A stretch of 64,000 nt of DNA from Clostridia bacterium (GCA_017501245.1 JAFVXI010000013.1:410335-474334); one strand, 5' to 3'; positions 27,512 through 37,424 are shown, counted from the first letter of the stretch. Notes: generated from the sequence alone by a model not told the origin. Program-made: numbers and translations.

Positions 27512-29896
27512 ATGCTTTTATCTATGAGATGGATCGGAGATTTCGTTGACTTCTCCGGCCTTGACAAAAAGGCGCTTATACATAATTTTACCCTCTCGAC
27601 CGCCGAGGTCGAGGACATCATCGTCAAGGGTGAGGACACCTACGGTGTCGTTGTCGCTAAGGTGCTCTCGGTAGAGAACCACCCGAATTCAAAGAAGCTC
27701 CACCTCCTCAAGGTGGATCAGGGCGACAAGGTCGTTGACATCGTTTGCGGCGCTCCCAACGTAAGAGAGGGAATGCTCGTTGCTCTCGCTACCGAGGGCG
27801 GCTCGGTCTCCGGACATAAGATCACTAAGGCGACCGTCGCAGGCTTTGACTCCTACGGCATGTGCTGCTCCGAGGCAGAGCTTGGCATCAGCGACGATAA
27901 CTCCGGCATATGGGATATCGAGCGTGACCTCCCCGAGGGCGTGGCGCTCGGCACCGATATCAAGGAGATCTTCGATATCGACGATATCATCTTCGAGGTA
28001 GACAACAAGTCGCTCACAAACCGCCCCGACCTCTGGAGCCATTACGGCATCGCGCGTGAGTTCGCTACGATAATCTCGAGACCCCTCAAGCCCCTCACGC
28101 TCGCATCGCTCGACGAGTATAAGGATCTGCCCGCCGTCGCCGTCGACGTCAAGGCTACCGAAACCGTCTGGCGCTACTCGGCTATAAAGGTTGAAAACAT
28201 CAAGCGCAAGCTCTCGCCTGCGAATATGCGTATCCGCCTTTACTACTGCGGCTCAAGAGCCATCAACTTCCTCGCCGACCTGACCAACTACGTTATGATG
28301 GAGGTCGGTCAGCCTATGCACGCCTTCGACAACCGTAAGGTCGATAGGATAGAGGTTCAGACCTTCGACGCTCCCTTCGAGTTTGAAACGCTCGACGGCA
28401 CCGTCCGCAAGATGGACGAGAGCATGATGATGATCACCTCCGGCGACGTCCCCGTTGCCGTTGCGGGCATTATGGGCGGCGAGCAGTCCAAGATTGAGGA
28501 TGACACCGATTCGCTCCTCCTTGAGTCCGCAACCTTCGACGGCGTCTCGGTCAGAAAGACCTCGACCCGCCTCGGCCTCAGGACCGACGCATCGCAGAGA
28601 TACGAGAAGATGCTCGACCCCGAGCTCTGCCACGTTGCGACCGCACGCCTGCTCTCGCTCCTCTTTGAGTGCGACGGGGGGGCTAAGGTCATCTCCTCCT
28701 TCACCGACGTTTACGTAAATAAATATCCCACGATCACCCTCGAGTTCGACAAGAGATACGTTGACCGCTACACGGGCATCGACATCGACACCGACACGAT
28801 CGTAAGAACTCTCACCGGCCTCGGCTTCGGCGTTAAGAGAGATGGCGAGAGCTTCACCGTTACCGTCCCCTCCTGGCGTGCGACCAAGGACGTCACCATC
28901 AAGGCGGACATCATCGAGGAGATCACCCGTATCTACGGCTACGATAACTTCGAGATCTTCACCTCTCATTCGGCTCTTGCTCCCGTCCGCAAGGAGGTTC
29001 AGAAGTCGGAGGAGGATAGGATGAAGGACCTGCTCGTCAAGGCTTACAGATTCCACGAGGTGCATTCCTACATCTGGTCCGACGATGCTAAAAACCGTGA
29101 GCTCGGCATCGCAACGCCCGAGAACGTCAGGGTCATCAACGCCCAGACCCCCGATCACTCCGTCCTCAGAGTTTCTATGATACCCACCCTCCTTTATATG
29201 GTAAAGGAAAACAAGGCGTACAGAGACGAGTTCGGCATCTTTGAGATCGGACACGTAGTAGAGGGGCTTAAGGCTGACGGCCTTTGCAACGAGCAGAAGA
29301 AGCTCGGCTGCGTGCTCTACTCCAAGTCCGCCTCCGAGGAGGAGCTCTTCCTCCGTGCGAGAGACGCCGTCTGCGAGCTTGTCGGCGACATCCTCCACAA
29401 GAGCTGCGTCTTTGAGAGCGCAGAGTGCGACTACGACTTCGAGCATCCGAAGAACTCCTTTGACGTCCTCGTCGAGGGTAAAAAGGTCGGCTTCCTTTCG
29501 GTTCCTCACCCCGTAGTCCTTGCAAACATCGATAAGAAGTGTGCGGTCGCCTTCTTCGAGCTAAACACCGCCGCCTTCGCATCCGTAGAGCCCGGGCTCA
29601 ACAAGTATGCCGAGCCCTCCAAGTATCCCGCCATCGACATCGATATGACCTTCGTCTGCAACTCCTCCGAGGTAGTCTTCGGCAGGGTGGTCGAGGCTGC
29701 GGGTGCTGCCGCTGACGGACTTCTCGACGGCGTAAAGAGCCGCGGCATCTACGTGGACGAGAACGGAACCGAGGCTCTCACGCTCCGCTTCTCCTTCGTA
29801 TCAAAGGAAAAGACCCTCTCCAAGCAGGAGCTTGCTCCCACTACCGAGAAGGTCGCTAAGGCTCTCGCCGAGATAGGCTTATCAATCAAGGCGTAA
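27512..29896 (+). CDS. pheT: phenylalanine--tRNA ligase beta subunit
   Basis: 794 aa. N-terminal tRNA-binding domain, B3/B4 and B5 regions, C-terminal FDX-ACB-like domain. Follows pheS by 16 nt. Confidence 0.95.
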   Translation: MLLSMRWIGDFVDFSGLDKKALIHNFTLSTAEVEDIIVKGEDTYGVVVAKVLSVENHPNSKKLHLLKVDQGDKVVDIVCGAPNVREGMLVALATEGGSVSGHKITKATVAGFDSYGMCCSEAELGISDDNSGIWDIERDLPEGVALGTDIKEIFDIDDIIFEVDNKSLTNRPDLWSHYGIAREFATIISRPLKPLTLASLDEYKDLPAVAVDVKATETVWRYSAIKVENIKRKLSPANMRIRLYYCGSRAINFLADLTNYVMMEVGQPMHAFDNRKVDRIEVQTFDAPFEFETLDGTVRKMDESMMMITSGDVPVAVAGIMGGEQSKIEDDTDSLLLESATFDGVSVRKTSTRLGLRTDASQRYEKMLDPELCHVATARLLSLLFECDGGAKVISSFTDVYVNKYPTITLEFDKRYVDRYTGIDIDTDTIVRTLTGLGFGVKRDGESFTVTVPSWRATKDVTIKADIIEEITRIYGYDNFEIFTSHSALAPVRKEVQKSEEDRMKDLLVKAYRFHEVHSYIWSDDAKNRELGIATPENVRVINAQTPDHSVLRVSMIPTLLYMVKENKAYRDEFGIFEIGHVVEGLKADGLCNEQKKLGCVLYSKSASEEELFLRARDAVCELVGDILHKSCVFESAECDYDFEHPKNSFDVLVEGKKVGFLSVPHPVVLANIDKKCAVAFFELNTAAFASVEPGLNKYAEPSKYPAIDIDMTFVCNSSEVVFGRVVEAAGAAADGLLDGVKSRGIYVDENGTEALTLRFSFVSKEKTLSKQELAPTTEKVAKALAEIGLSIKA

Positions 29897-29932
29897 GCAA
29901 AATGACAACTAATATTAGCATATAGATGCTTT

Positions 29933-29979
29933 TGCGGCGTCTGCATCCCGAGCTTGGGGCGCAGACGCCGCAGTTTTTT
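29933..29979 (+). terminator. intrinsic terminator of pheST
   Basis: 12-bp perfect stem TGCGGCGTCTGC (29933-29944) / GCAGACGCCGCA (29961-29972) followed by TTTTTT. Confidence 0.85.
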
Positions 29980-29981
29980 GA

Positions 29982-30172
29982 GTTATGGGCTCGCAGAGCG
30001 AGCGTTATGGAGTGCTGGCGCACCGTTATGAGCTTGGGGAGCCAAGCGTTATGAGATGCTTCGCATCGTTATGACGTGCTGCGCACAGTTATGGGCTCGC
30101 AGAGCGAGCGTTATGAGATGCTTCGCATCGTTATGATGTGCTTCGCACGGTTATGGAGTTGTGGGCAAGCGC
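29982..30172 (+). repeat. array of 9 units (period 20-23 nt): GTTATGR heptamer plus mini-hairpin
   Basis: GTTATGG/GTTATGA starts at 29982, 30004, 30025, 30048, 30068, 30088, 30110, 30130 and 30150. Hairpins are GCTCGC-aga-GCGAGC (x2), GATGC-ttc-GCATC (x2), GTGC-tgc-GCAC, GTGC-ttc-GCAC and GCTTGG-gga-(G)CCAAGC. Confidence 0.85.
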
Positions 30173-30176
30173 TATA

Positions 30177-31007
30177 TCAGCCCCGTTTGCGCTCCTTGAG
30201 GGTGTAGAATTCCTCTTCGGTGAGGCCGTGGAGGGCGGGGCGTGCGTGCTTGCCGCCCATACCCGACATAGGGCCGGTGTGGTCGGTGCCGCCGCAGTGG
30301 TAGAGGTTGTAGGTGCGTGCCGCCTCTGCGGCGAGGTAGGAGGTGTTTTCCTTGTTGTCGGGGTGGGAGACCTCGACGCCGTTCAAGCCCATTTCCACGA
30401 GCGAGGGGATGAGATGCGTGCGGTTGTAGGGGTGCGCAAGGGCGATAACTCCGCCCGCCCCTCTGACGGTCTTAATAACACGCTCGGCATTCGGCGTTTT
30501 TGAGGCGAAGGCCTGTGCCTCGGGCGACTTGAACACGTTTGCCACCAGCCCCTCGGGAACGGGAATGCGCAAGACGTTATAAGCCCTGACGAGCGAGCCT
30601 GCGCAATACCAGGAGCCGGGTGCGTTATAGCGCTCAACGTCCTCCCAGCATATCCCCTCGATGAAGCCTCGCTCAACGCCGAGCTTAAAGCGCCCTTTCG
30701 TAGAGTCGTAATGCGCCTCGCATCTCTCTGTGATAAGCGCGCGGATGCCGGGGTCGCCCATATCAAAGTCAAGGGCTGTGAGATGGAGATTGAAGCCCTC
30801 GTGCATTCCGTAAAACTCCGTGCCCGAGATAGCCTCGATGCCCTCGGCACGTGCCGCCTCCATAAAGGACCTAACGCCGCCGTCGGTCTCGTGGTCGGTC
30901 AGAGCTAAGGCACGGTAGCCGAGGCTCTTTCCTATAAACACGAGGCGATTTGGCTCAAGCACGCCGTCTGAGTAGGTAGAATGTAAATGTAGGTTAGCAT
31001 ATTTCAT
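30177..31007 (-). CDS. PHP-domain metal-dependent phosphoesterase
   Basis: ORF to 31034 (TTG); start moved to ATG 31007 (MKYANLHLHSTYSDG, GGTGA SD). LALTDHETDGG motif. Confidence 0.7.
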   Translation of the reverse strand: MKYANLHLHSTYSDGVLEPNRLVFIGKSLGYRALALTDHETDGGVRSFMEAARAEGIEAISGTEFYGMHEGFNLHLTALDFDMGDPGIRALITERCEAHYDSTKGRFKLGVERGFIEGICWEDVERYNAPGSWYCAGSLVRAYNVLRIPVPEGLVANVFKSPEAQAFASKTPNAERVIKTVRGAGGVIALAHPYNRTHLIPSLVEMGLNGVEVSHPDNKENTSYLAAEAARTYNLYHCGGTDHTGPMSGMGGKHARPALHGLTEEEFYTLKERKRG

Positions 31008-31054
31008 ATCAATCACCGTTTTCGCTGTGTTCAACAGCTCTTGCTACTGTCGGA

Positions 31055-32023
31055 TTATGAGAGAAGCTCTATAAGCTCCTCGCGCGTCATACCGTAGACG
31101 TATTTGCCGACGTCGATATTTTTGAGGGCGTCCTCAAGCTCTGAGAGCCTCCTTCCCGTGAGCGCATCCGTCAGCTCGGATATGTCGCACTCACCGAAAA
31201 AGTCGCCGCCTATATGAAGTGCTGACACCCTCTCGCCCGACAGCGAGATCTCCGCCCTGACGCTGCCGAAGGGGTATCTTTTAGCCTTGGTTATCGTTAC
31301 CGAGGAGGAGATCCCCTGACTCGGATAGAGCCACTCGGGGGAGCAGTTTCTTGCCCTCAGCTTATCTATTATTTCGTCCGTGGGCGGTGCCATTTCGACA
31401 GCGCCGAGATTATCGCGGACGTATTTTTCTATTATCGTTATCAGCTCGTCTGTGCTTCTTATATCGGGGAGCAGCTCTTTAAGGTTTGCCACCCTTGATG
31501 CGGTTGACTTTATAGCCTTGGTGACGAGCTTCTCGGGGCTTGGAGTAAGAAGCCCTCCCAGTGCCGACAGGTCGGTGTCAAAAAGCAGCGTGCCGTGGTG
31601 GAGGACCCTGTCCGCTCTTTTACACTGTGCGTTTCCCGACACCTTGCGGCCGTCGGGGAGGCAGAGGTCGTTCCTGCCCGAGAGCGTGAGATGCACGCCG
31701 AGCGAGCCTATTGCGGCTATTATCGGTGCCGAAAAAGTGGCAAAATCGATGCCGCCCCCGCTGCGTGCGATGAAGCTGTAATTTATATTGCCCGGGTCGT
31801 GATATACCGCACCGCCGCCGGTTATGCGGCGCACGGGCTTGACGCCAAGGCGAAAAAGAGCGTCGGTGTCTACCTCGGCTCGGATATTCTGATTTATTCC
31901 CACGACTACCGACGGCTCGTTCTGCCAGAGCATAAACACGTCGTCCTCGCAGTAGGTGAGCAGATATTCCTCTATCGCAAGATTGAGGTAGGGATCCGTG
32001 GTGCGGAGTACTAAATATCTCAT
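31055..32023 (-). CDS. lplA: lipoate--protein ligase A
   Basis: Start moved to ATG 32023 (MRYLVLRTTDPYLNLAIEEYLL). RRITGGGAVYHDPGN and GRKVSGNAQ (catalytic Lys) motifs. Confidence 0.85.
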   Translation of the reverse strand: MRYLVLRTTDPYLNLAIEEYLLTYCEDDVFMLWQNEPSVVVGINQNIRAEVDTDALFRLGVKPVRRITGGGAVYHDPGNINYSFIARSGGGIDFATFSAPIIAAIGSLGVHLTLSGRNDLCLPDGRKVSGNAQCKRADRVLHHGTLLFDTDLSALGGLLTPSPEKLVTKAIKSTASRVANLKELLPDIRSTDELITIIEKYVRDNLGAVEMAPPTDEIIDKLRARNCSPEWLYPSQGISSSVTITKAKRYPFGSVRAEISLSGERVSALHIGGDFFGECDISELTDALTGRRLSELEDALKNIDVGKYVYGMTREELIELLS

Positions 32024-32151
32024 CTTTTCCCCTTGTCCTTCCGTTTTCTTGGGATGGGGTGTTTTTCGTTTTATATGATCGAGCGGTGCGAGGCATTGAC
32101 CCCACACCGCTCGATGCTTATTCTGCCTGTGTCAGGCGGAAGGCTTATAAA

Positions 32152-34638
32152 TTAAAGTCCTGCCTTAGCACGAGCGACCTTCTCAAGGTCGGTGAAGTTG
32201 TTGGTAGGAACGTGGCCGGGAAGAGGCATGATCTTCTCGTGGAGAGCGTCGATGATCCAGTCTGCCTGGGGGAAGAAGGACTTCTCAAGCTCGAATGCGG
32301 GAGTGATCCAGTTACGAGAGCCTACTACAACGGGAGGACCGTCAAGGTAGTCGAAGCACAGCTCGGTGATGTTGGACGCCATATCTCTCATCACGGAGTC
32401 ACGCTCGCAGGCGTCGCCGACGAGGAGGATCTTACCGGTCTTCTTAACCGACTCGATAACCTTCTCATAGTTGAAGGGGACGATGGAGCGCGCGTCGATG
32501 ATCTCAGCGCTTACGCCATACTTCTCCTCAAGGATCTTAGCTGCGTCGAGCGCTCTGTAAAGAACCGCACCGATGGTAAGAATGGTAACGTCCTTACCCT
32601 CGCGCTTGATGTCGGGCTCGCCGAAGGGGATCTCGAAGTGACCCTCGGGAACGCCATCCTTGCGGAATTCCTCGCCGATGCCGTAAATTCTCTGCGACTC
32701 GAAGAAGACGACGGGGTCGGTTCCGTCAAGGGCGGAGGTCATAAGACCCTTAGCGTCGGTGGGCGTTGCGGGGAATACGACCTTCAGACCGGGAATATGT
32801 GCGCAGAGCGCAGTCCAGTCCTGAGAGTGCTGAGCGCCGTACTTGCTTCCGACGGAAACACGGAGGGTGATGGGCATCTTGAGGATGCCTGCGCTCATTG
32901 CCTGCCACTTAGCCATCTGGTTGAAGATCTCGTCGCCTGCACAGCCGATGAAGTCAGCGTACATAAGCTCGACGATAGCACGGCCGCCGCACATTGCGTA
33001 GCCTACTGCGGAGCCGACGATAGCAGACTCGGAGATAGGAGAGTTGAAGAAGCGGTGGTAGGGAACAGCCTCGGTCATCTTCTTATAAACGCCGAATGCG
33101 CCGCCCCAGTCACGGTTGTCCTCACCGTATGCGATAAGGGTGGGATCGTCGTAGAACTTGTCGATGATCGGCTCAAACAGACCGTCGCAGATGTTATACA
33201 TCTTCATCTTGGAGACGGGCTTGCCCGATGCGTCCTTAGCCGTCCTGGTCTTGCCCTTGATCTCCTTAACACGGGGGCACTCCTCCTTGGGGAGAAGCAT
33301 CTCTGCCTCACGGGAGGGATCCATGCTGACGACCTTCTGGTTGGAGAACATGATGGAGGAGATGCCGTCGGGCTCACGTACGAGGTCCATACGGGGAGAG
33401 ATCTCGTCGTTGATAGCGAGCTTCATGATCTCGGTCATGCGGTTGGTGATCTGCTGGTGGATAAGCTCGATCTCAAGCTCGGTAGCAAGCTTGCCCTTGA
33501 TGAGCTTCTTCTTGAATGCTACGATGGGATCTGCATCACGCCATGCGTTGATCTCCTCCTGAGTACGGTAGGTGGAGGAGTCGGAGGGAGAGTGACCCGA
33601 TACACGGTAGGTAACGACGTCGAGAAGAGCGGGACCCTTGCCCTCGAGGAGGAGCTTCTTCTTGCGGGAGACGGCGTCGATAACTGCGAGAGGATCGTAG
33701 CCGTTTACACGCTCTGCGTGCATCTGGCTGGGGTTGAAGCCTGCGCCAAGACGTGCAGCCATATCAAAGCCCATCGTCTCGCCGCGGGTCTGACCGCCCA
33801 TGCCGTAATGGTTGTTGAATACGTTGAAGAGGATGGGCATTCCGCCATCGGAATACTTGCCGTCCATACCCCAGAGCTTAGTGATCTGGTCCATGGATGC
33901 GAAGTTCAGAGCCTCGAGAACGGGGCCGCGGCCGGTTGCGCCGTCGCCGCAGTTGGAGATGACGATGCCGGGCTTACCGTTGGAGCGCTTGTAGAGAGCT
34001 GCGCCGAGTGCGATGGGTGCGCTCGCACCAACGATAGCGTTGTTGGGCATAAGGCCGAAGGGGATGAAGAAGGCGTGCATCGAGCCGCCAAGACCGCGGT
34101 TAAAGCCGGTCTTACGTGCGAAGATCTCAGCGAGAGCGCCGTAAAGAAGGAAGTTGATAGCAAGCTCCTTGACGTTGCCGCCTGCGTTCATATGCTTCTC
34201 AACGACTGCGAGGACCGAGCCGTCGAGGAACTCCTTCATGATTGCGTAAAGCTCCTCGTCGTCGAGCTTGTGGATCGAGGAGAGGCCCTTAGCGAGGATC
34301 TCGCCGTGGCTACGGTGAGAGCCGAAGGAGAAGTCGTTTATATCAAGGCAATATGCCTCACCGACGGCGGAAGCCTCCTGACCGATGGAGAGGTGAGCGG
34401 GGCCGGGGTTGTTGTACTGAACGCCGTTATACTCGCTCTTTACCTTAACCTCGTTGAGCATGGTCTCAAACTCACGGATGATAGCCATGTCACGGTAGAT
34501 GCGGAGGAAGTCGTCCTTGGTGTAGATCTTCTTTTCCTCTGCGAGGGTCTTGTTATACTGACATACGGGGATGTCCTCAAAATGGATGTAGCCGGCCTCA
34601 AACGCTTTTGCGGGGTCGACGTATTGACTCTTAGGCAT
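32152..34638 (-). CDS. 2-oxoacid (pyruvate/acetoin-type) dehydrogenase E1 component, fused alpha-beta subunits
   Basis: 828 aa. The N-terminal half has the E1-alpha ThDP motif (CGDGATGRGP...NNHYGMGG) and the C-terminal half is E1-beta-like (transketolase Pyr and C-terminal domains). AAAGGAG SD. Confidence 0.85.
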   Translation of the reverse strand: MPKSQYVDPAKAFEAGYIHFEDIPVCQYNKTLAEEKKIYTKDDFLRIYRDMAIIREFETMLNEVKVKSEYNGVQYNNPGPAHLSIGQEASAVGEAYCLDINDFSFGSHRSHGEILAKGLSSIHKLDDEELYAIMKEFLDGSVLAVVEKHMNAGGNVKELAINFLLYGALAEIFARKTGFNRGLGGSMHAFFIPFGLMPNNAIVGASAPIALGAALYKRSNGKPGIVISNCGDGATGRGPVLEALNFASMDQITKLWGMDGKYSDGGMPILFNVFNNHYGMGGQTRGETMGFDMAARLGAGFNPSQMHAERVNGYDPLAVIDAVSRKKKLLLEGKGPALLDVVTYRVSGHSPSDSSTYRTQEEINAWRDADPIVAFKKKLIKGKLATELEIELIHQQITNRMTEIMKLAINDEISPRMDLVREPDGISSIMFSNQKVVSMDPSREAEMLLPKEECPRVKEIKGKTRTAKDASGKPVSKMKMYNICDGLFEPIIDKFYDDPTLIAYGEDNRDWGGAFGVYKKMTEAVPYHRFFNSPISESAIVGSAVGYAMCGGRAIVELMYADFIGCAGDEIFNQMAKWQAMSAGILKMPITLRVSVGSKYGAQHSQDWTALCAHIPGLKVVFPATPTDAKGLMTSALDGTDPVVFFESQRIYGIGEEFRKDGVPEGHFEIPFGEPDIKREGKDVTILTIGAVLYRALDAAKILEEKYGVSAEIIDARSIVPFNYEKVIESVKKTGKILLVGDACERDSVMRDMASNITELCFDYLDGPPVVVGSRNWITPAFELEKSFFPQADWIIDALHEKIMPLPGHVPTNNFTDLEKVARAKAGL

Positions 34639-34656
34639 TTTATTTCTCCTTTAATA

Positions 34657-36018
34657 TTATTCGGTAAACATAGCTTCTCTGATGACCTCGCACACGGTAG
34701 GATGCGGGAACACCAGCTTCTGTACGTCGGCGACTCTCATCTCGGTCTCAACCATCATAGCGGCACCGTAGATGATCTCGGAGGCGTAGCTGCCTATCAT
34801 ATGTACGCCGAGGATGTTGTGATGCTTGTTGTCGGTGATGATCTTAACGACGCCGTTTCCGTGCTCGTTCTCAGCGATGTATCTGCCGCTGTACTTGAGC
34901 GTAACGGTCTCGACCGATGCGTCAAGCCCCTTCTCCTTGATGGACTCGGAGGTCTCGCCGACGGAGGCAACCTCGGGGTTGGTGTAGATGACGGCGGGGA
35001 TGGATGCGTAGTTGATCCTGTCCTTCTTGCCGAGGATGTTGTTTATGCAGACCTCGCCCTCACGGTATGCGGTGTGAGCGAGCATGGACTTGCCGTTGAC
35101 GTCACCAGCTGCCCAAACGCCGGGGACGTTCGTCTTTCCGTATTCGTTGGTAACGATGGCGCCGCGCTCAAGCTTGAGCCCGATGTTCTCGCAGCCGATG
35201 CCTGCCGTGCGGGGGCGGCGACCGATGGAAACGAGCGCATAGTCGGTCTTGATGGTCTGGGTTGCGCCGTCCTTCTCGTAGCTGACCGAGCCGTCCTTGA
35301 TGGACTGAACTTTCGCACCGAGGATGAACTCTACGCCGCGAGCGGCATACTCCTTCTGGAGCATAGTGGAGATCTCACGGTCAACTGCGCCTGCGATATG
35401 GTCCATCATCTCAACTACGTAGACCTTGGAGCCGACGGAATTGAAGTAGGATGCCATCTCAAGGCCGATGACGCCGCCGCCGACGACGACGATGCTCTCG
35501 GGGATCTTCTCGAGGTCGAGGATCTCACGGTTAGTGAGCGCAAAGCCCGACTCGAGCGACTCCTTGAGGCCGTCGATGGGGGGCAGAGCTGCGGAGGAGC
35601 CGGTAGCGATGAGGAGCTGCTTGCCGACGTAGTCCTTGCCGTCAGCCGTGACGACGAAGCCCTCGGAGCTCCTCTCCTTGATAACTGCGCTGGCGTTTAC
35701 AACGTCTACCTTCGCACGTCTGAGCTTAGCTCCGACGCCCGAAACGAGCTGCTTAACTACCTTGTTCTTACGTGCTACGACGAAGCCGTGGTCGATCTTA
35801 GCGCCCTCGAAGGAAACGCCGTAATCTGCCGAATGCTTTGCATAGTCAAAGATCTTAGCGGAGTAGAGAAGGGTCTTGGTGGGGATGCAGCCCTCGTTGA
35901 GGCAGACGCCGCCGAGCGCACGCTCCTCGATGACGAGGGTCTTAAGGCCTGCGTGGCCTGCACGCTCAGCCGCATTGTAGCCGGCGGGGCCACCGCCGAG
36001 AATTATCAGATCGTACAT
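34657..36018 (-). CDS. lpd: dihydrolipoyl dehydrogenase (E3)
   Basis: GGGPAGY FAD fold, redox-active disulfide GGVCLNEGCIPTK, 453 aa. AAGGAGG SD. Confidence 0.9.
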   Translation of the reverse strand: MYDLIILGGGPAGYNAAERAGHAGLKTLVIEERALGGVCLNEGCIPTKTLLYSAKIFDYAKHSADYGVSFEGAKIDHGFVVARKNKVVKQLVSGVGAKLRRAKVDVVNASAVIKERSSEGFVVTADGKDYVGKQLLIATGSSAALPPIDGLKESLESGFALTNREILDLEKIPESIVVVGGGVIGLEMASYFNSVGSKVYVVEMMDHIAGAVDREISTMLQKEYAARGVEFILGAKVQSIKDGSVSYEKDGATQTIKTDYALVSIGRRPRTAGIGCENIGLKLERGAIVTNEYGKTNVPGVWAAGDVNGKSMLAHTAYREGEVCINNILGKKDRINYASIPAVIYTNPEVASVGETSESIKEKGLDASVETVTLKYSGRYIAENEHGNGVVKIITDNKHHNILGVHMIGSYASEIIYGAAMMVETEMRVADVQKLVFPHPTVCEVIREAMFTE

Positions 36019-36032
36019 CTAAAGCGCCCTCC

Positions 36033-37370
36033 TTACTTAAGCAGCAGAAGGTCGAAGCTCTCGAGCGCAGAAACAAGCTCCTTTAAGAACTTAGCTGCGG
36101 GAGCGCCGTCGAGCGCCCTGTGATCGAAGGTGAGCGAAAGACCCATAGCGGGATAGGAAACGTCCTCGCCGTCCTCGTCCTTGATCCTTCTCGTGATGGA
36201 GCCAACGCCGAGGATGCCGGTCTGAGGAGGATTGATAACGGGGGTAAAGCTCTCGATGCCGAGAGAGCCGAGGTTAGTTACGGTAAAGGAGCCGCCGCGG
36301 AGCTTGTCGGGGCTGATGGTGCCGCCCTGAGCCTCCTTGATGAGCTTCTTTGCGGCGATGGAAAGCTCGTTGAGGCTGAGCTTATCCGCAGAGAACACGG
36401 TGGGAACCATAAGTCCTCTGGGTGTATCTACGGCAACGCCGAGGTTAACTACGTTGAAGTAGCGCATGACGTCGTCGAGGTAGTGTGCGTTGAGGTCCTT
36501 GTGAGACTTAAGCACTCTCGAAACAGCAAACAGCACCATATCGTTAAGGGTGATGTTAGCGAGGCCGAGCTTCTCGCCGTTCTCCTTGATGTTTGCGCGC
36601 AGCTCAAGCAGAGCGGTCGCATCGAAGGAGGTGTGGAGGGTGAGCTGAGCCATGGTGGAAAGCGACTCGTGCATGGAGCGAGCGATGACCTTCCTGATGT
36701 TGGGGAGCTTGACGTCCTCGTATTCGGGAGCCGCAGCTGCCTCGACGGGTGCTGCCACTGCCTCGGGTGCGGGTGCGCCCTCGAGATCCCTGAGGGTGAC
36801 CTTGCCGCTGATGCCGCTGCCCTCGACTGCCTCGGTGTAGGACGCCTTAGCAGCGGGAGAAACGGTGAGGCCTGCATCTACGAGAGCCTGTACGTCACGC
36901 TCGATGATCCTGCCGTTAGGTCCGGTGGGGGTAGCCTTGAGGAGGTCTGCGCCGGTCTTTTCTGCGAGCAAGCGTGCGCGGGGAGAGATGGAGCCAACGC
37001 CCTCGGTCGCACGGGGTGCCTCGGCTGCGGGCGCTGCCGCCTCGACCTTAGCCTCCTCCTTCGCCTCGGGTGCGGGAGCCGCTGCCTCCTCGGCAGGTGC
37101 CGCATCCTTAAGAAGTGCGGAAATATCCTCTCCCTCGTTTCCGAGGATCAGAACGTTCTCAAGGCAGGGAACGTCGTCGCCCTCTGCGCAAAGCAGTGCA
37201 AGCACGGTGCCTGCCTCAGGCGCGGGCTCGTCAAACGAGGATTTGTCGGTCTCGTAGGAGAAAAGGGTGTCGCCCTTGTTGACCTTGTCGCCGACCTTAA
37301 CGCAAAGAGCGGTGATGATACAGCTCTCGACGCTCTGTCCCTGGCGGGGCATAATTACAACTGTTGCCAT
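36033..37370 (-). CDS. dihydrolipoamide acyltransferase (E2)
   Basis: Lipoyl domain with ETDKS, Ala/Pro-rich linkers, subunit-binding domain (ISPRARLLAEKTGADL), catalytic FDHRALDGAPAAKF. Confidence 0.9.
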   Translation of the reverse strand: MATVVIMPRQGQSVESCIITALCVKVGDKVNKGDTLFSYETDKSSFDEPAPEAGTVLALLCAEGDDVPCLENVLILGNEGEDISALLKDAAPAEEAAAPAPEAKEEAKVEAAAPAAEAPRATEGVGSISPRARLLAEKTGADLLKATPTGPNGRIIERDVQALVDAGLTVSPAAKASYTEAVEGSGISGKVTLRDLEGAPAPEAVAAPVEAAAAPEYEDVKLPNIRKVIARSMHESLSTMAQLTLHTSFDATALLELRANIKENGEKLGLANITLNDMVLFAVSRVLKSHKDLNAHYLDDVMRYFNVVNLGVAVDTPRGLMVPTVFSADKLSLNELSIAAKKLIKEAQGGTISPDKLRGGSFTVTNLGSLGIESFTPVINPPQTGILGVGSITRRIKDEDGEDVSYPAMGLSLTFDHRALDGAPAAKFLKELVSALESFDLLLLK

Positions 37371-37424
37371 TTTTTATGTTTTCTCCTTGTTTCGCCGTGG
37401 GGTGTGAGATCCCCACCGCTTTTT

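Noticed and set aside
26545-29509. Minus-strand ORFs 26545..27639 (364 aa) and 28253..29509 (418 aa)
   Set aside because: Antisense to pheS and pheT.
29982-30172. CRISPR array interpretation of the GTTATGA arrays (also 6055-6200 and 59425-59575)
   Set aside because: The period is only 20-23 nt, the constant part is 7 nt, and the variable parts are self-complementary hairpins drawn from a small set rather than unique spacers of about 30 nt. No cas genes or leader are present in the window.
32059-36123. 1354-aa ORF on the plus strand, the longest in the track
   Set aside because: It runs antisense across three independently well-supported minus-strand genes (fused E1, E3 and part of E2). Its composition is the Val/Asp/Gly/Leu/Ala-rich pattern typical of antisense frames in GC3-rich genes. 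It has no recognisable motif and no SD. It stays open only because TTA/CTA/TCA codons are rare in the sense genes.
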